NCBI RefSeq assembly: GCF_009914755.1
Contig: NC_060931.1
Direction: 5' to 3' (one strand)
DNA: 64,000 nt
From: the human T2T-CHM13v2.0 reference genome, Homo sapiens
Positions 57,359 through 64,000 of this stretch are shown here, piece by piece. The translations under genes were made by a program, and so were the position numbers. The notes beneath the pieces were generated by a model that searched no databases, had not been told where the DNA came from, and saw nothing but the letters and a program-made list of their open reading frames with translations. How positions within the stretch are numbered: position 1 is the stretch's first letter; every line of letters begins with the position of its first letter.

Positions 57359-57444
57359 TATCTCCTGGCTATGGTCATAGCGTATTTCAGCCGGGCCGGC
57401 TTCCCCTCCTGGCAATACCAACGCATTCATTTCTTCCTGGCTCT
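57359..57444 (+). CDS. SPDYE2: SPDYE coding exon 5 ([29 protein letters not shown]; Speedy box)
   Basis: catcag|TAT acceptor, CT|gtgagt donor; 86 nt. Confidence 0.94.
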
Positions 57445-57675
57445 GTGAGTGGTTTGCTGCCTCCTATCCGTCAATATCCAATGCCCTGGGACAGCGGGGG
57501 AAGTGGGATTCCAGCCTTTCATTTATTCTTTCACCTATTTGTCCTCTTTACTCTGTGTACAAAAAAGAGAGGATTATACTATCATAGACTGTTGTTTCTA
57601 AACAGAAACTCAGGCTGGGCACAGTGGAATACGCCTGTAATCCCAGCACTTTGGGAGGCCGAGGCAGGCGGATCA

Positions 57676-57990
<315 letters not shown>

Positions 57991-59161
57991 CTAAGGGGAA
58001 AAGAAAAGGAGTGGAGGAGCGGACATGCCGCTTCCTCCAGCAAGCAGACGTTTCTGGTTCTTCTCTCTCTCTCCTTCCCACATCAACCACAAACGCCATC
58101 GACCTCCTCTGGGTTCCCATGACAGAGGCCACAGTTCAGGTCCCCCTCGCATCACTCGAATTTACTGTCAAATGCTCCCCGCTGGGGTCTCCTGGAGTCT
58201 CTCCCCAAGCCAGGGGGCTTCCTAGTGCAGCCTGAACATCTTTCCAAAGCACGACAACCTCACTGCCCACCTGAACAACTTCCTTAGCTGATGCCTTTCT
58301 CTATCGAGGCCAGGGTCCACAGTGTCAATTCTACCCTCTCTACAATCTCTACAAGCACACTGGCTCGCCATCTTGGTATTTCCTGGCTCGGCTTCACTGC
58401 TCCTTCCAAATGCCCTCCACTCGACTTTGTGTTTGTGTTTTCTGTCTGGGTGTCCCGCACACATGTGGCTCTGAAGGGAAGGACCCATTCCTTGAAATCA
58501 GTTCACCCCACAGCCTCTGTGATGCCTTCCCTCATCTTCCAACTTCTGCATGCCCGTAGCTCTCTAGTTACATCCTGGACACTGGGATTAGGTCATCTGC
58601 CTTGATTACTCCCAGTCCCATTAGACTAGATGCCTGTAGAAGGCAGGGTCCTGGCAAAATATCAATGTATTCAATTTCTTTTATTTTTTTGAGACAGACT
58701 TGCCCTGTCCCCCAAGCTGGAGTGCAGTGGTGAGATCATAGCTCACCGCAGCCTCCATATCCTGGGCTCAAGCGATCCTCCCACCTCAGCTTCTTTATTA
58801 GCTCCGACTACAGGGCTGTGCCACCACACCTGGACAGTTTGTTTGTTTGTTTGTTTATTGAGACAGAGTCTTGTTCTGCCTCTCAGGCTGGAATGGAGTG
58901 GCCCAATCTCAACTCACTGCAACCTCCGCCTCCTGGGTTCACACAATTCTTGTGCTTCAGCCTCCTGAGTAGCTAGGCCTAACGGGTGTGCCACCGCACC
59001 AGGCTCATTTTTGTATTTTTAGTAGAGATGGGGTTTCTCCGTGTTGACCAGGCTGGTCTCCAACTCCTGGTCTCAAGCGATCCACCTGCTTCAGCCTTCT
59101 AAAGTGCTGGGATTACAGGCATGAGCCACCGCGTCTGGCATATTTCTTACATTTTTAATAG

Positions 59162-59302
<141 letters not shown>

Positions 59303-59494
59303 TGAAGGAGTGGGAGACGCCCTTGATCAGGTCTCTGTCCAGCAGAGCCCTCCTGAGGAAGGCATGGCTCTCTGCAGGGTGGGTGCCAGTCCTGAGCTAG
59401 GGACGGTCCCTTACCTTCCTCTCTGGGAAGCTGACCTCAGCCGGAGGCCTCTCCTGGTGGTGCCCCTGAGCAGCAACCTGATTTCTGTCCTCAG

Positions 59495-59888
59495 CTACCT
59501 GGCCAATGACATGGAGGAGGACGACGAGGACTCCAAACAAAACATCTTCCACTTCCTGTATAGGAAGAACCGCTCTCGCATACCCTTGCTCCGTAAGCGT
59601 TGGTTCCAGTTAGGCCATTCCATGAACCCGAGGGCCAGGAAGAACCGCTCTCGCATACCCTTGCTCCGTAAGCGTCGGTTCCAGTTATACCGTTCCACGA
59701 ACCCGAGGGCCAGGAAGAACCGCTCTCGCATACCCTTGCTCCGTAAGCGTCGGTTCCAGTTATACCGTTCCATGAACTCGAGGGCCAGGAAGAACCGCTC
59801 TCAGATAGTCCTGTTCCAGAAACGACGGTTCCACTTCTTCTGTTCCATGAGCTGCAGGGCTTGGGTTTCCCCAGAGGAGTTGGAGGAG
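59495..59888 (+). CDS. SPDYE2: SPDYE coding exon 6 ([12 protein letters not shown]...VSPEELEE, with basic 25-aa repeats)
   Basis: cctcag|C acceptor, GAG|gtgagt donor; 394 nt; YLANDMEED Speedy signature. Confidence 0.95.
59562..59861 (+). repeat. Coding 75-bp tandem repeat x4 ([25 protein letters not shown])
   Basis: AGGAAGAACCGCTCTC recurs at 59562, 59637, 59712 and 59787. Confidence 0.95.
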
Positions 59889-60010
59889 GTGAGTGGGGCC
59901 TGGGGAGGTGGAGGAGGTGGGGAGGAATTGGGTGGGCTGGAGGCTGGATGAGGGGAGAGAGGGGTATCCTGGCGAGTCCCCGTCTTCTCAAAGGGCGTTT
60001 GTTTTTCCAG

Positions 60011-60070
60011 ATCCAGGCTTATGACCCAGAGCACTGGGTGTGGGCGCGAGATCGCGCTCACCTTTCCTAG
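60011..60070 (+). CDS. SPDYE2: SPDYE coding exon 7 ([19 protein letters not shown])
   Basis: ttccag|ATC acceptor; TAG at 60068-60070; exon continues to the AAG|gtacat donor at 60115. Confidence 0.93.
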   Translation: MQAYDPEHWVWARDRAHLS

Positions 60071-60950
60071 AGCTCCAGGGACCGGGGAGGCCTGAGGTCA
60101 TCGGCCTGAGAGAAGGTACATCTGCATCCTCTGGGGTAAAGGCAGAATATTGGGGTCTATTTCGGAAATCCGAAGAACCCAATTGCTTGATCTGGCTTCA
60201 AGCCTGGGCAACGTGGCGAGATCCCCTCTCCACAAAAATACAAAAATTAGCCAGGCGATGTGGGACGCATCTCTACTCCCAACTACTCAGGAGGCTGAGG
60301 CGGGAGGATCGCTGGAGCCTGGAAGGTCGGGGCCGCACGGAGCCCTGATCCTGCCACTGCACTCCAGTCTGGGCGACAGAGTGAGACCCTGCCTCAAAAA
60401 TAATCATAAAAACTGAGTTTGGGGAGGTTCATTATGATTGACGCACTTGAGTTACTGATTTGGGTCGAGGGTTCAGTGAAGCTTTGGTTTACATCTTGTG
60501 CAGCTAACCACGTTGAGCACAGAGCATGAGACTTCATCATGAGGAGGTAGGATTAAGGATTAGGCTTCTGGACTCGTGGTTCGTGATGTTGTCACATTAG
60601 AAACACATCTAGCATGGTTACAAGTTTAGATCTTAAGTGACACAAAAGGCCCCAGCTGTGATAAAGTCCAAAGCCACATTCTCTGAGGGTGCCCTACTCC
60701 CTGGGCAGACCCACCCAAAGTCCTTGCTATGAAGCAGATCACTGGGGCTGACCTTGGGTGTATTAAGTGAGTTTTGGAGTCGTGGTCACCAAAGTGTGAG
60801 TTTCACAGTTGAACACGATGGTTCAGAAGCAGGGTATAGAATGAAAGGCAGCAGATAAAATTGCATTTCTCAATTGACATGGGACGTGAATAACTTTCCT
60901 GTCTAGAGAGCTGCCTCCTTGAAGTGTGACATTGTCTCTCTCGCTTCCAG

Positions 60951-62420
60951 AACACCGGACCCAGGGGAGATGTGGATTTTCAGCAGGAACTTTATTCCAA
61001 TGCTAATGGCAGACACCAGGCAGGAGGAGAGGAACCATTTGTGCAGATCATCTAGAAGAACCTGGACCATTCTTGATGGAGCTGAATACAGTGATCACGT
61101 TGTCCTCCTAGGAGCAGGGGTGGGGGGAGGGGGGTGGGGTCCTTCTAGGAGTCCTTGGAGAAAAGTAAGAAACCAGGAGCGTTTCCAGTTCCACCCTTTC
61201 CTGCGGCACCACCACCCTTTTTATATTGCTGAATTCCAACCTCCCTGGGGCGGAACCTGGAGGTCCTGTTTCTTACGGACTTGCAGTCCAGGAGGATTTG
61301 AAGGCACAATGCAGGGGCTCAGATTGGGACAGAATTCTTTTGTGAAATATCAGTGCCACAGATTGTAACAGATAGCTTCATGCACACTCTGCATTTTATT
61401 GGTTTGTATGGAAAATGTCGGCCATTGAATTATTCATAGATTTATTTCAAATAGTTTGGAAATTGTTGTACTTTTGAAAACATGCTGTTCCTGTAGTTTT
61501 TTGATGAGAGTTATAGTTGTTATATATACATAAAGCTAATTTTCTTTTCATTTTTAAGAGACAATTCTTTTTATCCTAAATATTTTATTATCTTTAAATT
61601 TGTTTCTGTATTATTACATGTGCTCCTGAAGCGAGCACTCTTTTTATCTATGATACTTCCATAATAATCTCTTCTATTTATAGCTATTGGTAGTTCCCCA
61701 CCAGAAAAAAACATAATTCTGGTGATAGAAATTTTTATTTGCTGTTTAGGTTTGTGACTGAATTGTGAGAATTCAGTTGTGATTTTTAACATGCCTCAGA
61801 TATATATACTAACACGTCTAATATATACTATCTATTTTATTGGTTTATTTTGAAAAACATGGGTATAGAATTATTTAAATATTATTTTATTTATTTAAAT
61901 ATTTATTAAATATATTTATTTATTTAAATATTATTATTACTTTAAATATTATTTTAAATATTTTGGAAATACTGGTATTTTTGAATAGATGCTGTTTCTA
62001 TAAAGCTGTGTGATGGATATTATAACTGTTATATACACATACATATAATTTTGTTTTCCTTTTTAAGAGAGGATTCTTTTCATCCTAAATCTTTTACCTT
62101 TCAATCTTTGCATCTATTATTACACGTGCTGCTGAAGGGAGCATGGTTTTTATCTATGATACTTAGTTAACATATATATTACATTTATAGCTATGTAGTA
62201 GTTCCCCTAAATTCTTGTAAAAATAAATTTTTATTTGATATTTCATATATATTTGAAATGTGAGAATTCAGATGTAATTTTTTACCTTGTTTTGGCATGT
62301 TTGTATGTTACTTTAAAGAGGATGTGTGTTCTAAAGGAGGACATGAGCTGTGTGTTTTCAAGAGAACAATAGAGTGCGTCTCTTGGGGAAACATAATAAA
62401 AATGAACTTTTCTCACCTTC
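60951..62420 (+). other. SPDYE2: SPDYE terminal exon / AT-rich 3' UTR
   Basis: ctctcgcttccag acceptor at 60950; AATAAA at 62222 and 62395; exact 3' end uncertain. Confidence 0.7.
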
Positions 62421-62562
62421 ACAGCAATTGTGATCATATTGGTCTGGATTGATTATTTGCTGCCCAGTGATATTTTTCCTTAATGGGGTTGTGGTTATTT
62501 GAACATATTTATTAGCTCTGGAAGATAATCCTGTGCTGTTTTTTATGTAGAAAAAAACATAA

Positions 62563-63883
<1,321 letters not shown>

Positions 63884-64000
63884 TATGTGATGCAATTCTG
63901 ATGTCAACTCCCTGATGTTACCTCAAATGCCACAGGTTAAGGCCACCAGTCCCCACTAGGCTGCCCTCGCTTTAGACACACCTGCAGGCTTGGGTGTCCT

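Noticed and set aside
59491-59991. Repetitive antisense ORFs
   Set aside because: Shadow of the SPDYE 75-bp coding repeat

Overview
Human (primate) genomic DNA from the 7q22.1 RASA4 / UPK3BL / SPDYE2 segmental-duplication cassette, extremely Alu-rich. Minus strand: coding exons 1-12 of RASA4/RASA4B (CAPRI; C2A-C2B and the start of the RasGAP domain), all GT-AG and phase-consistent, with a CpG-island promoter at ~22.1-22.75 kb; the gene continues off the left edge. Plus strand: a complete 7-coding-exon Speedy/RINGO E gene (SPDYE2/SPDYE2B type, 1209-nt CDS, 402 aa) at 52.1-60.1 kb with an AT-rich 3' UTR. The most notable anomaly lies between them. Only exon 1 (signal peptide) of UPK3BL is present (42312-42423, minus), and I cannot find exons 2-6 anywhere downstream. 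An Alu lacking a target-site duplication at ~41.5-41.8 kb is a candidate Alu-Alu deletion junction. A cryptic 88-nt exon at 25967-26054 could link the orphan exon in frame to RASA4 exon 2. Several local duplications, a shredded MER53 and a 0.7-kb polypurine tract are also visible. Paralog identity (RASA4 vs RASA4B etc.) cannot be settled by eye, and family assignments come from recalled sequences, not database searches.
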